Program-made: the position numbers and the translations under genes
Shown: piece after piece, positions 10,593 through 20,906 of the stretch
Position numbering within the stretch: the first letter of the stretch is position 1
How the letters are laid out: every line of letters starts with the position of its first letter
Notes under the pieces: model-generated
Database searches by the model: none
Told to the model about the DNA's origin: nothing
Seen by the model: only the letters and a program-made list of their open reading frames with translations
NCBI GenBank assembly: GCA_048939245.1
Contig: JBHLPR010000010.1
Coordinates: 1-59,704 of the forward strand
Source of the DNA: Promethearchaeota archaeon
Lineage (GTDB): Archaea; Asgardarchaeota; Hermodarchaeia; Hermodarchaeales; Hermodarchaeaceae
Length of the DNA stretch: 59,704 nucleotides
Direction: 5' to 3'

Positions 10593-10754
10593 TGTAATAC
10601 CGCCTGTATCTGACAGAGTGAGTGTTTGTTCTAGTCGTGAAACGAGTTGGACTTGGCAAGAACTAAGCCGCTCTTTGGGATGTAGCGGGCTATTTCTTGC
10701 ATTTGGTGGGGGCTCTTTTTAGCGGTGTGTTTGGTCAAGCTAGTGGTGAGTCCT

Positions 10755-11072
10755 ATGGGACGTACAATACTGACCTATCGATTACAGCTGGAGAAGGAGC
10801 GACGGCGTTGGGGATTATTTCGGGCGGCTTTGCGTGCTGACGAGCAACCCGCCTTTGATAATCTATTCGTCTACGCTCGGACCTACGCGGATGCGGCTAG
10901 TGCCGTGGCACGTCCATGTCCTTCGGAAGCGTTGTTCATGTCCATGATACTCGGGCTTTATCAAGAGGTACAACGACTACGTGTGGCTTTAGCAACTGCA
11001 GCGAGTCATACACGCTCTATTACAAATCATAACTCTCATGGGGATGTACGACAGGTGCAGGCTGAGCTATGA
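10755..11072 (+). CDS. Small conserved PolB2-associated protein
   Basis: MGRT..TYR..LE.E..RW..FR.ALR..EQ.AFD.LF.YAR..A.A.S...RP.P.EA.FMS matches the small protein usually encoded next to archaeal polB2; GGTGAG precedes ATG 10755. Confidence 0.7.
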   Translation: MGRTILTYRLQLEKERRRWGLFRAALRADEQPAFDNLFVYARTYADAASAVARPCPSEALFMSMILGLYQEVQRLRVALATAASHTRSITNHNSHGDVRQVQAEL

Positions 11073-11308
11073 CACGGATGTGGTCATCGCTTTGCTTGTA
11101 TCCTTTTGGTTTCTAAATAGAAGGTAGTGGGTGCATTAGCTGAATCAGATGCTGCAACGGATTCACAACAGTATTTCATGTTGTGATGTATGCAATCATT
11201 GGTGGGAAAGCTGCATTTTGAAGCAATCGATATAAGAGGGGTGACTTAATGAGTTTGATAGGCGCTTCAACACAAAAAGCGAAGCCTTGATGAGCAGTTG
11301 TGACAGAA

Positions 11309-11938
11309 ATGATTCACGATATTCTAATTGTCCATCGGCAAACAGAGAATCCACTCTTTCATCTTGCTCCTGCAGGAAAAAGCAAACTCGCAGCCGTAGG
11401 TATGGATCCCCCAATATTTTCATCTCTTGCAGTAACTCTTGTAAATGTTCTTCGAAATGCTGGAGCCTTGGAAAGAATTCGATTGCTTCAAATCAAAATG
11501 TCCTTTAATGTGTTCGAGAATCTGATTTTTGTCATCTTATCATCGAATGATCATGATGAATTTGAAATCAACCATGCGCTAAATCGATTGAGCTCCCTTT
11601 TCCTTCAATCCTATACTCCTGAGGTAATCAGCCAATATAAGGACAAGCCTCTTAGTTTCAATGCGTTTGATGTGAAAACGATTTTCCGCTCAGACCGCGT
11701 TATCATTAGTGACACTGATACACTGATGAAAAGCATGATTCAACGGCTGGCGGATATGATTGCTGTAGCTGGGCGTCTTCAAGAGGAGGCCAGTATGTTG
11801 TCTGAAAAACAGAGTCTTGACGGCACCGTCATTATGAGTATCACCGCGATGCATCAGGAATTACTCAATAAATTGGACGCACTCAAAACCCAGATGGACC
11901 AGTTCCCTGTTCTTTCAGGCCCTCATTTTCCTAAATAG
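11309..11938 (+). CDS. Longin-domain protein with C-terminal coiled coil
   Basis: MIHDILIVH...LF, D..IFSSL, ENLIFVILS, L..L...F...Y pattern of the longin fold; heptad-rich helical C-terminal ~70 aa. Confidence 0.6.
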   Translation: MIHDILIVHRQTENPLFHLAPAGKSKLAAVGMDPPIFSSLAVTLVNVLRNAGALERIRLLQIKMSFNVFENLIFVILSSNDHDEFEINHALNRLSSLFLQSYTPEVISQYKDKPLSFNAFDVKTIFRSDRVIISDTDTLMKSMIQRLADMIAVAGRLQEEASMLSEKQSLDGTVIMSITAMHQELLNKLDALKTQMDQFPVLSGPHFPK

Positions 11939-11945
11939 GTCCGTT

Positions 11946-12749
11946 TCAATCGAAGTTGAATCCGTGCTTGCGGAGTATCTCAAGGAGTGATATTGGAGAC
12001 CAGCCTCCGTTGATAAATTTACGAGAGATGTGTTCGCACCACGAATAGGTATCGTAATTGATTGTGTCTTTTCCTTTCTTGAGGGGAATCTTGGCATTGC
12101 GTTCCCGATAGTAATTCTGAGCAAGATATCCCTCATCCATTACCTTCATGGCTGCTTGGATTTCTTCTTTTGAAAATTCGGGATATTGATCTTCAAAGGC
12201 ACTGAAGCTGAGTGGATATCGAGGACGGGTTTCTGTGTGTTCTGAGGGTTCAGGATACCCAAGACACAATCCGACTACTGGAAAGGCACGGTTCGGGATG
12301 TTGAAAATGTCAGCAATATGGTCGGCAAAATGGGGTGTGGCACCTAAAAGAACGGATCCTAAACCAAGGGCTTCTGCAGCTAAAATGAGGTTTTCAATTG
12401 CGAGTGATACATCTTGTAGTCCAAGCCAGAGGGCAAATGCGTCGTCAAAATCATAAGTATGTCCACGTTGCTTCATAATTTTTTCATGCCTAAATAAATC
12501 GATGAAGAAAAACATGAGTACCTGGGTGGTTGGGTAAACGCCTAGGTTTCGCAATTCGTGCATTATTTTATGGTCTCGAGTGTATGTGATGCTGCAAAGT
12601 TGAGCTGCAAAAGGCGCTCGAAAACCAGCCTTCAGAATCTGTTCGAGCGCTTCATCAGAAATCGGTTTGTTCTGAAATATTCGTATTGAGCGGCGGTTAT
12701 GAATAATCGTGAATAGATTTTGGTTTTGAAAAGATTGAGAACTGGACAT
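11946..12749 (-). CDS. Nitroreductase (NfsA/Frp-like)
   Basis: RRSIRIF, LAAEALGLGSV, VVGLCLGYP, RPR. Confidence 0.9.
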   Translation of the reverse strand: MSSSQSFQNQNLFTIIHNRRSIRIFQNKPISDEALEQILKAGFRAPFAAQLCSITYTRDHKIMHELRNLGVYPTTQVLMFFFIDLFRHEKIMKQRGHTYDFDDAFALWLGLQDVSLAIENLILAAEALGLGSVLLGATPHFADHIADIFNIPNRAFPVVGLCLGYPEPSEHTETRPRYPLSFSAFEDQYPEFSKEEIQAAMKVMDEGYLAQNYYRERNAKIPLKKGKDTINYDTYSWCEHISRKFINGGWSPISLLEILRKHGFNFD

Positions 12750-12831
12750 TGATCTCACTTTGAATGGTTGTATCAGCAATTTTACACAGAGCTATCAGAT
12801 TAATATCTTTGATAGGTCTTAAAGTGGTGGG

Positions 12832-13068
12832 GTGAATTCGTTGCCCGTGGTTGTGTATATCCTAATTCGTGTTGAAGCAGGAAAAGTGTGGGATGTAGCC
12901 CAAGCTATTGGGAAAATAGCAGGGGTTGACCGATCGAATGTGGTTACTGGCCCCTATGATGTCATCGCGTATGCCGTTCTGCCATCAACTGAAGATCTTC
13001 GTAAATTGATGGAAGGAATTCATAGTGTGGATGGTGTTAATCGTACAGAAACCTGCATTGCCATCTGA
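12832..13068 (+). CDS. Stand-alone Lrp/AsnC ligand-binding (RAM) domain protein
   Basis: YILIRVEAGK, VTGPYDVIA, I..VDGV..TET.I. Confidence 0.85.
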   Translation: MNSLPVVVYILIRVEAGKVWDVAQAIGKIAGVDRSNVVTGPYDVIAYAVLPSTEDLRKLMEGIHSVDGVNRTETCIAI

Positions 13069-13080
13069 TTGTGAGCTGAC

Positions 13081-13413
13081 CTACCACACCAGGGGCACAT
13101 AACCCTCTTTTATCAGATCAGCAATGATGGTTCCCACGTATTCGATTTGAACTCCCAGTTTTGAGAGCGGCTCTGAGGTTCCTTCTTTGTCTGAAATGAA
13201 TTTACAAGCGTAGCTCTCACCTGCAGCACAGAGTTCTTGGACTTCTTTTGCGAGTATTAGGTCTTTGGCTATTAGTTGCTCAGAGGGCCCAAAGAAGATG
13301 GTCTTCACATCGTCAAGCCATCCGTATTTTATGGTGTTCTTTGCATACATTAGAGCGGTTTGGATTACATCCCTATCACTCGAAGCAATAATGACTACAA
13401 TTTTTGCACTCAT
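13081..13413 (-). CDS. DsrE-like protein
   Basis: IFFGPSE, ACK, YVG..I..LIKEGY; start moved to ATG 13413. Confidence 0.75.
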   Translation of the reverse strand: MSAKIVVIIASSDRDVIQTALMYAKNTIKYGWLDDVKTIFFGPSEQLIAKDLILAKEVQELCAAGESYACKFISDKEGTSEPLSKLGVQIEYVGTIIADLIKEGYVPLVW

Positions 13414-13429
13414 TTTCGGATTCTCCTGT

Positions 13430-14827
13430 TCAATGATTATGGTCATGATGATGTACATGGGAGGGATCATACAGATTCCCAAGCGTTGTAACAATCAGTT
13501 CGGTTAGGGCGGGATGGATGTGCATCCCTTGAGCGAGAGTCCACATGTTTCCTCCAACGGCCATGATATCCACAACTTCTTGGATGAGCATTGCTGCGTA
13601 AGGACCAATGATGTGAAATCCAAGAATTTTGTAAGTGTTTTTATCGACGATGGCTTTAGCAAATCCCTCCTCTTCAACCATGGCCTCACCCTTCGCAACA
13701 TCAGAATATTTGGCTGTTCCCAGAAGTATTTCGTATTGTTTGACTGCCTCGACCGCGGTCAAGCCCACTCCGGAAATCTGGGGATAAGAAAAGACCGCGT
13801 ATGGAACAGCATGGTATTCCATCTTTTGTTGTTGATCACCTACCGCGTTATTCCAGGCGATTTGGGCTTCACGATTGGCAACATGTTTGAACATATAACG
13901 TCCTGTTACATCACCGAGAGCCCAAATATTCTTCTTACTCGTTTCTAGGAAATCATTGACTTGTATGAAACCCTGGCCGTCTGTTTTTACACCCGTTTTT
14001 TTCACTTTCAGAACATCAGCATTTGATCTTCGACCTGTTGCAACCAAAATTCGTTCGCCAAGGAATTCCATTTGCTGCCCGGTTTCTTTGTTTTCGCCAA
14101 TGACAATATCTCCTTTCGAAGACTGTTTTACTTCAATGGCTGCCGTGTTTGTGTAAATGCGCATTCTTTTTGATAAGGCTTTTTCAAGGGCAAGTGAAAT
14201 TTCTGGTTCGTTTTGGGGGACCAATCTTGGCCCTCGTTGAAGAATGGTGACCTCTGAACCCATTGCTGCAAGAAAATGACTATATTCAGCAGCAATATAG
14301 CCACCGCCAATGATAACCACGCTTTTTGGCAGTTCGGTTATTTCAAGGAGTGTTTCATTGGTCAGATAATTGACTTGGTCTAACCCTTTGATTGGTGGAA
14401 TAGACGGCCTTGCACCTGCAACAATGAAAATCTTGTCTCCCCGAATGGTTTCACCGGCAACTTCCATGGTGTAATCGCCTGTAAAGTATCCTTCTGCCTC
14501 ATAGAAATCCAGGTTTTGGGCATGTTGTAGTCCTGCTCGCATATGGGTAAGGCTTTCATCAATGGGGCGTCGCATCCGAGCCATTATTGCTTTGAAATCG
14601 ATATTCTTGATTTCAGCGTCGATTCCTAACTTATGTGCCTCTTGGATTTCGACCACACGATCTGCGGGATAGATGAGCATTTTCGACGGGATACAGCCAA
14701 CGTTAAGACATGTTCCACCTAATGGACCCCGATCGACATAAGCGACTTTGTACCCTGCTCGATAGGCTTGGTCGAGTATTATGCCTCCTGATCCAGACCC
14801 AATGACGATTACATCATATTTTTTCAT
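13430..14827 (-). CDS. Class I pyridine nucleotide-disulfide oxidoreductase (dihydrolipoyl dehydrogenase / mycothione reductase-like)
   Basis: GSGSGG, GGTCLNVGCIPSK, GGGYIAAE, HIHPALTE; His-rich tail. Confidence 0.9.
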   Translation of the reverse strand: MKKYDVIVIGSGSGGIILDQAYRAGYKVAYVDRGPLGGTCLNVGCIPSKMLIYPADRVVEIQEAHKLGIDAEIKNIDFKAIMARMRRPIDESLTHMRAGLQHAQNLDFYEAEGYFTGDYTMEVAGETIRGDKIFIVAGARPSIPPIKGLDQVNYLTNETLLEITELPKSVVIIGGGYIAAEYSHFLAAMGSEVTILQRGPRLVPQNEPEISLALEKALSKRMRIYTNTAAIEVKQSSKGDIVIGENKETGQQMEFLGERILVATGRRSNADVLKVKKTGVKTDGQGFIQVNDFLETSKKNIWALGDVTGRYMFKHVANREAQIAWNNAVGDQQQKMEYHAVPYAVFSYPQISGVGLTAVEAVKQYEILLGTAKYSDVAKGEAMVEEEGFAKAIVDKNTYKILGFHIIGPYAAMLIQEVVDIMAVGGNMWTLAQGMHIHPALTELIVTTLGNLYDPSHVHHHDHNH

Positions 14828-14984
14828 GAAATTAAATTGTTGGCTGTTCCCTAAAATAACTTTAGAAATTCCTATCACTCCTAACTAAACATTCCAAGAT
14901 GAACTGCTTTTTAAGGTAGTACAGAACTTTTTGAAGGGGAAACGTGTATGGAGTGGTTATGTTATTTGAGAGGAGCTATCACCC

Positions 14985-16166
14985 ATGCCAAAATCTGTGA
15001 AAACGGCTTCACGCTTACAAGGTGTGTCACCTAGCGGACTTCGTGAGTTTTTCGAAATTGGAACAAAGCTGGCAGCCAAGGGAATCGATGTGATTTCTTT
15101 AGGTATCGGTGATTTGGACCTGCCACTTCCTCCCTTTCTTAGTGATGCAATTGCTGATGCGTTTGCCACCGGACAAACTCATTATTCATCGAATGCAGGT
15201 ATCGTCGATTTACGCCAGGCGATTGCTAATCGTTATAAAGATACATATGGTCTCGAATATTCTCCGGATGAAGTGTTAGTGACGTGTGGGGCATTAGAGG
15301 GACTTTTGGATACCATGTTAGCCCTTATCGATCCCGGTGACCGTGTTTTAGTACAAGACCCCGCCTTTGGTTATTTTGCGAATCAGGCTAAACTTGCTGG
15401 TGCTGAAGTTGAATTGATTCCCATGACATCTGATTTTGACTTAGATGTTCAGCAGTATCGTGAGGCTTTTGAGAAGAAGAGACCACACATGGCAATTATT
15501 AATTCACCATGTAATCCTACGGGTTCGGTTGCCTCTGAGAAGAATTTGAAAGAAATCGTTGAACTGGCAGCAAAATATGATAGTATCCTCGTTTCAGATG
15601 AATGCTACGAGTTTTTACGCTACGATGGCAAGCCACACACTTGTGCGGCTACATTCAATCGGGATAATGTAATTCTCATCAACAGTTTTTCCAAAGCGCT
15701 TGCCATGACCGGATTACGGTTAGGTTATGTAGTAGCTCCGGTGAGTTTGATGCGTCCTATCTATCAGGTTCATCAGTATAATACAGCCTGTGCTCCGACT
15801 CCTATTCAGGTTGGTGCTATGAAAACACTGTCCAATCCGAAGGCGTTCCAAGGGATTATTGGACAACATCGGAATGTATTGGATGATCGTCGGAAAGTCG
15901 CTTTGGAGAGCTTCAAACCTATTAAAGGCTTCAAGTTCACATATGAACCCGTTGCGGGTTTCTATCTATTTCCCAATGTTGAAGGCACCGGGATGACGGG
16001 TCCAGAATTTGCCATATCCGTCCTAGAAGAGAAGGGTGTTATTGTCGTGCCTGGGGACCAATTTGGCATAGCCTATCCAAATAACATCCGGATTAGTGTT
16101 GGATCGGCACCACCTAATCGGATTCGTGAAGCGGCATCACGCATTGCTGACTTCGTACATAAATAA
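14985..16166 (+). CDS. PLP-dependent aminotransferase class I/II
   Basis: NSPCNPTG, SDECY, SFSKALAMTGLRLG. Confidence 0.92.
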   Translation: MPKSVKTASRLQGVSPSGLREFFEIGTKLAAKGIDVISLGIGDLDLPLPPFLSDAIADAFATGQTHYSSNAGIVDLRQAIANRYKDTYGLEYSPDEVLVTCGALEGLLDTMLALIDPGDRVLVQDPAFGYFANQAKLAGAEVELIPMTSDFDLDVQQYREAFEKKRPHMAIINSPCNPTGSVASEKNLKEIVELAAKYDSILVSDECYEFLRYDGKPHTCAATFNRDNVILINSFSKALAMTGLRLGYVVAPVSLMRPIYQVHQYNTACAPTPIQVGAMKTLSNPKAFQGIIGQHRNVLDDRRKVALESFKPIKGFKFTYEPVAGFYLFPNVEGTGMTGPEFAISVLEEKGVIVVPGDQFGIAYPNNIRISVGSAPPNRIREAASRIADFVHK

Positions 16167-16268
16167 AAACCTCTCATATGTGGATTCTTTGAAGTGAATC
16201 CAGCTCTGTTTGTATCGGGTTTTACTTCAGCTAGCAATTCTTGCGGGTTCTACTTCACACAAGAATCC

Positions 16269-17177
16269 TTAGTCAAACTCCTCATCATAAACCCTGAGCC
16301 CTACCACAATTTTTGAGAACTGCATTTTTTGGTTGAATGGCGAAGTAGGTATTTGAAGTTGGGTAACTACAGGAAGATGGTCCGAAGCTAGTGAAGTAGG
16401 TACAGCGTGACTGAGAACCGTAATTGTTGGTGATACGAAAACATAATCAATGCGTTGGTAGGGTCCGGTTGATGGCCATGTAAGATTGCCTGTTAAAAAA
16501 AGGGCTACTTCAAATGAATCATTGAGAGAGTTTGTGATGTCAGTATAAATGCCCTGATCTACTGAATCAGTTGTGTAGGCGTCAACGTTAAAGTCGCCTG
16601 CCCATATTTTGATATTGCTTCCTGTTGATATAACGTTGGGAATAGCTACATCAGCTTGAATTCGGCGGTCTTCGGAACTAAAAGCAGAGAAATGTACAGC
16701 GTAAACAGAAATCTGTTGTTCAGCAACTTCGATATCGGCGCGAAGAAGTGTATCGTCTTCACTTGGGCTGTGTAAAATGATCTCTTCATAATATTGGATT
16801 GGATACTTACTGAGAATCACATCACTTTGCCATATGTGATTGACTGATAAAATCGGTGCTAGAAACATGTTCAGTTTTTGAGCTAGCCACCGTGCTTGAT
16901 CAGTGGTCCCAGACATGATCACACCAGTGTCTACTTCTTGCAGGACGAGGACATCGGGATTAGATTGTTCTATTGATATTAGGATACCATTCAGATCTAG
17001 TCGATTATTTACATCAAAGGCTTCATGGATATTGTATGTCATGACAGTTAGTTGGCCAGAAGGCTGTGGATTAACTTGATATGTGAAGGTACACCATGTT
17101 CCGGTTATAACTAAAGGGAGTAAAAGTAGTGCAGTGATGAGAATGGCATTCTTGTTGCGATAGTTGAATGTGCTCAT
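16269..17177 (-). CDS. Membrane-anchored endonuclease/exonuclease/phosphatase (EEP) family protein
   Basis: N-terminal TM; MTYNI, LQEV, GDFN, RIDYVF, SDHLPV. Confidence 0.9.
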   Translation of the reverse strand: MSTFNYRNKNAILITALLLLPLVITGTWCTFTYQVNPQPSGQLTVMTYNIHEAFDVNNRLDLNGILISIEQSNPDVLVLQEVDTGVIMSGTTDQARWLAQKLNMFLAPILSVNHIWQSDVILSKYPIQYYEEIILHSPSEDDTLLRADIEVAEQQISVYAVHFSAFSSEDRRIQADVAIPNVISTGSNIKIWAGDFNVDAYTTDSVDQGIYTDITNSLNDSFEVALFLTGNLTWPSTGPYQRIDYVFVSPTITVLSHAVPTSLASDHLPVVTQLQIPTSPFNQKMQFSKIVVGLRVYDEEFD

Positions 17178-18415
17178 TGATCTAACCTCCTCAGCTTATA
17201 AACAGCATATGTTGAAGTGGTGCCCAATATGAGAAAGGCGCCCCATATGAGGGTCAAAGTTTGCCCAACGAAAATGCTTCCGATATCACCTAGGTATGCA
17301 TAGGTAAAGGTGAAGGCAAACAAGAAGTCCCACAGCAGGAAGAAGAGGAAGGCAATGAAAATTGCTATGCACAGAATAGTTACTGACCAACGATGTCTTG
17401 GGTGCAGACTAAATTGTAGAATGTAGTATAGATTGGAAAGAAGAAAGAAATTGATGACCATAAGAGTTAGGATGTAGAACCATGAAGGCCAGAAGAAAAA
17501 ACCTGGGAAAGCCATGATGATGATGAGATTTGTAATAGCGATCGTATACCATTTTTCTCTATCAAACATGTTCCTTCCTCTCTTATGAAGTAATATTATG
17601 CCCACAATAGTTTGGATGCTTAGGATAGAAATCAGAATGATTGTTATGTCAATGAGGAAGTAGGGTGGATTTTGGCTTCGGAGAAGGTTGTGTGGGCTTA
17701 AGAAAAGGCTATGTTCAAGAAAAAGAAACGCACCAAATCCTGCAATTGTGAGCAGTCCAACTAGACGTGATGTTAAAGGTAACGATGGGTGTTCTTCAAT
17801 TGCAGTATTTAGAGAATTAGTTGAGGGTTTGGGAGATTGTTGATTTTTCCATATTCCTAGTCCAATCACTATTATGGCAAACACTAATTGGAGCGGAAAA
17901 TAGGGGAGGGTTCGAGATATGTCAGAAGTTGTACCGAATGCTCGAAACAGAACATCAAAGCTGAAGGCAATAATAAAACTAACAGCGAGTAGAGCTGCTT
18001 TGCCCGTATGTCCAATTACGTGTTGGTTTTGACTTTGGCTGTAAAGATAGAATGGAAGGAAAATGGCATAAAATGCTACGACCATCGATGAGAATAAAAT
18101 TTCTATTTCATATGCCAGCTGTAGGCTGATTGGCGTAGCAAAAATCGCGGTTAAAATAGCGCTACCTATAATCATGTGGCTGAGAGAGATTTTTCTGTAA
18201 ATCAAGACAGCAAGAAGAGGGGCACCAAATGCTAGGAGAGTGAGTAATGGGATATAATTCCCTGTTCCCTCCCAGAGGATATTAAAAAATGAAATATACA
18301 GATTTACAACATAGGTCCGAAAACTTTGGAGAAAGAAGAGGGTCACAAGAAACGGTATAACCAATTGAAAGATGAAGTCCTTGAAGGGAATTTCATCGGC
18401 AATGAACCCATTCAT
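17174..18415 (-). CDS. Multi-pass membrane protein translationally coupled to the EEP gene
   Basis: About 12 TM segments; its stop overlaps the EEP start (ATGA at 17174-17177). Confidence 0.8.
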   Translation of the reverse strand: MNGFIADEIPFKDFIFQLVIPFLVTLFFLQSFRTYVVNLYISFFNILWEGTGNYIPLLTLLAFGAPLLAVLIYRKISLSHMIIGSAILTAIFATPISLQLAYEIEILFSSMVVAFYAIFLPFYLYSQSQNQHVIGHTGKAALLAVSFIIAFSFDVLFRAFGTTSDISRTLPYFPLQLVFAIIVIGLGIWKNQQSPKPSTNSLNTAIEEHPSLPLTSRLVGLLTIAGFGAFLFLEHSLFLSPHNLLRSQNPPYFLIDITIILISILSIQTIVGIILLHKRGRNMFDREKWYTIAITNLIIIMAFPGFFFWPSWFYILTLMVINFFLLSNLYYILQFSLHPRHRWSVTILCIAIFIAFLFFLLWDFLFAFTFTYAYLGDIGSIFVGQTLTLIWGAFLILGTTSTYAVYKLRRLDQ

Positions 18416-18698
18416 GACTTTTCCCTTCCATCAATAGAGAATGACTCTGGAATTATGCCACCCATCCATTAAATATCTAGTAGCTATCCGGTTCTTAGAA
18501 CTCGGCTTCTTTTCTGTTAAGCACTTTTTAGAGTTATTTGTGTGGCTGATTGAAGAATGCGGAGTCAATGGGTGCCTGGTAACCAGTTAGATGCGATCCA
18601 TTTGAATTACTGTGGGCTCTGCACAGCCTAATCGACTTCATAGCTACCTCTCGGATTGCAGCCTTTTAGAGAAGAAGTGAGGATTTCATCATCCTTGG

Positions 18699-20906
18699 CT
18701 AGTCGCGGCTTCGAAGATGTGGATCCAGCACCGTCTGAATTGAATCTGCATTGAAGTGTTCTTCCAACCGCTCGTAATTCCACCCTAGGGGGGTCAGGAG
18801 TGAATCAGTAGCACGAAGGAGTAGCTCAGCATACTTGCCCTTATCGTAGTGGGCCGCTGTCGAGGTCTGCGGCAACGCAACGCGACGCAACGGGTGTCGT
18901 GACTGGGCATTAGTATAGATGTAGCGGACGGGCTGTCCTGGTTGGATTTCGTGACCGTAGCGAACGGCTAGTTCGGCGGCAATGGCTTGACTACATTGTT
19001 GCTGGTATTCGCCTGGAGACCGGCTGATGTTTTGTGTGATGGCCAACTCTTCAGTCATCACATCTCCACTGTGCAAGCGATCTAGGTATTGTTTGACAAC
19101 GTCTAGGAGCTGAGGGAGCATCTCCTGCATTTCGTCAGCGTCTTCCGCCCCGGCAAGGCAGGTTAACAGATCCATTTGAAGCTGCTTGATGAGGGGCGGA
19201 GTATCACGGCGTCGGAGCTCGATGCCCCGTACCTTGATGGTACCATCTTCTTTGACGCCGCAGTAGCGGGTGAGGGCACCGTAGGGCTGGTTGCGGCATG
19301 GCAAGAACATTATCCAGCGATAGCGTCCTTCAAATTCTATTGATAGTCCAGTTGCCTCCTGAATGGCATCGCCCACCGCCATATAGTCTTCAACTGTGGC
19401 TCCGAGTTTTTGTAGCCAGACACAATCGACAATGCCATGGAGCACTTGGAAACCCTTCTGTTCGCAGATCGCTTTGGTCTGTAACAGAACACGACGGCTG
19501 AATGCAGTGACACACTCATAGGCTTCAACACGACCAAACCGTGAAGCCCGAAAGCCTAAATATCCGAATGAAACGACGAGCAGCCATTTCAGCGCGGCTT
19601 GTCGTGCTTCATAGATAGGGTTGTCGTGACGGTGCCGTTTGTAGAAGGTGCGCTTCTCCAGTATCGGCTTAAGGAAGGTGGGGACGATGCCGGGTTGACG
19701 CCGACATAGCCAATAGCCTAGCTCGGGCACCACAGTGGCATCGTCGGGACAGCAGTCACAGAACAGGGCTTCGGGGGAGATGTTGTACTTCACCATTAAC
19801 GACGGATACATTGACAGAAAGTCGAGTTCACCCACCTCAAAGAACACCCCCACTCGTGGAGTAATGACGTGACCTCCACGGTCAGCGTTGAGGAGTGCAA
19901 GACCGGTTTTGTATTCTTCGGGCTCCGCCTTGGTTTCAGGAATCAGGACATCACGATTGAGTGCTTCTTGCATCTGGAGCATGTTGATGCCAGTACCCGG
20001 GCTGCTTCGTGCCATACGTTGAGGGGGAAAAGCGGTAAGTCGACTTGCCTCGATGAGTCCGTCAAACGTGCCAAAGGTCATATGCGATCGATCCAGGTGC
20101 AGGCGTCCACGCAGAAGGAAAGGGTGTGGGCGATAGAAGACCGGGCCTCCATACCGAAAGACAGCTCGCCCAGCAGGTAGGGTCTTATCGCTGAAGACGT
20201 GGGGGGTCTGGTCTCGACTCAAGGAGAACTGATTTAACATTCCCGCCTCTTGAACGCGTTGGATGAGGGTGGGGAAAACGCGGTAGTCGCCTTCCAGGGT
20301 GAAGATGATGTCAGGGTTTTGGGTTGTAACCCAGTCTTGAAGCATCATAGGTTCTGTGGTCTGAATGGTATCGCCGTGGGAACTGGAGGCGCAGAATAGG
20401 TCTTCCCCCTCTAGGTGGAGGTTCACGGTATCAAAGGGAGGAAGATGATAGTCGAGGGCCGTGCGGGAGTCGCAGGAGTCGATGCGGGTGACGCGGGTTC
20501 CTGACCGCTCGGTGTGAACCTCTACCTGTTCGAAGGGGTAACGCCGCTGTTCGAGATACCACAGCTGGGTTGTGGAGAGGTCGCCGTTGAAGACGCGAAA
20601 ACGGGGGACGGCGAAGGTTTTGATTTCGCGGACGACACGGGGGAGTTGGGTGCAGGAGGAGACTGTTACGGCGAGCACCGGACGTCGCGCGCCCCGCAGC
20701 TGCAGCCGATGAAACTCGGGAGTCACCGTGCTTACAAGGGGGTGACTTTCAAACAGCGGCGCATAGTCCTCGAATTGGACGCCCGGCGCATGTAAGTAGA
20801 ATCGTGGTTGATAGGGCACTTCTAGGGGTATGCAATTCTTTGCCGTGCGCAACCACAGGACCAAGTGGTCGGGCCGGGGGGTAACATCGAGGATCCAGCC
20901 ACGCAT
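18699..20906 (-). CDS. polB2: Archaeal family B DNA polymerase, PolB2 (Dpo2) group
   Basis: Motif A LDFLSMYPS, motif B LKWLLVVSFGY, motif C HGIVDC (YGDTDS degenerated as in PolB2), KVRGIELRRRD; no recognisable intact exonuclease motifs. Confidence 0.88.
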   Translation of the reverse strand: MRGWILDVTPRPDHLVLWLRTAKNCIPLEVPYQPRFYLHAPGVQFEDYAPLFESHPLVSTVTPEFHRLQLRGARRPVLAVTVSSCTQLPRVVREIKTFAVPRFRVFNGDLSTTQLWYLEQRRYPFEQVEVHTERSGTRVTRIDSCDSRTALDYHLPPFDTVNLHLEGEDLFCASSSHGDTIQTTEPMMLQDWVTTQNPDIIFTLEGDYRVFPTLIQRVQEAGMLNQFSLSRDQTPHVFSDKTLPAGRAVFRYGGPVFYRPHPFLLRGRLHLDRSHMTFGTFDGLIEASRLTAFPPQRMARSSPGTGINMLQMQEALNRDVLIPETKAEPEEYKTGLALLNADRGGHVITPRVGVFFEVGELDFLSMYPSLMVKYNISPEALFCDCCPDDATVVPELGYWLCRRQPGIVPTFLKPILEKRTFYKRHRHDNPIYEARQAALKWLLVVSFGYLGFRASRFGRVEAYECVTAFSRRVLLQTKAICEQKGFQVLHGIVDCVWLQKLGATVEDYMAVGDAIQEATGLSIEFEGRYRWIMFLPCRNQPYGALTRYCGVKEDGTIKVRGIELRRRDTPPLIKQLQMDLLTCLAGAEDADEMQEMLPQLLDVVKQYLDRLHSGDVMTEELAITQNISRSPGEYQQQCSQAIAAELAVRYGHEIQPGQPVRYIYTNAQSRHPLRRVALPQTSTAAHYDKGKYAELLLRATDSLLTPLGWNYERLEEHFNADSIQTVLDPHLRSRD

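Noticed and set aside
10609-10645. CTGACAGA...GAAAC resembling a hammerhead ribozyme core
   Set aside because: Does not fit CUGANGA and the required stems are missing.
18699-20906. PolB as a casposon, virus or other mobile-element polymerase
   Set aside because: Motifs are cellular PolB2 type; no Cas1, integrase, capsid gene or terminal repeats.
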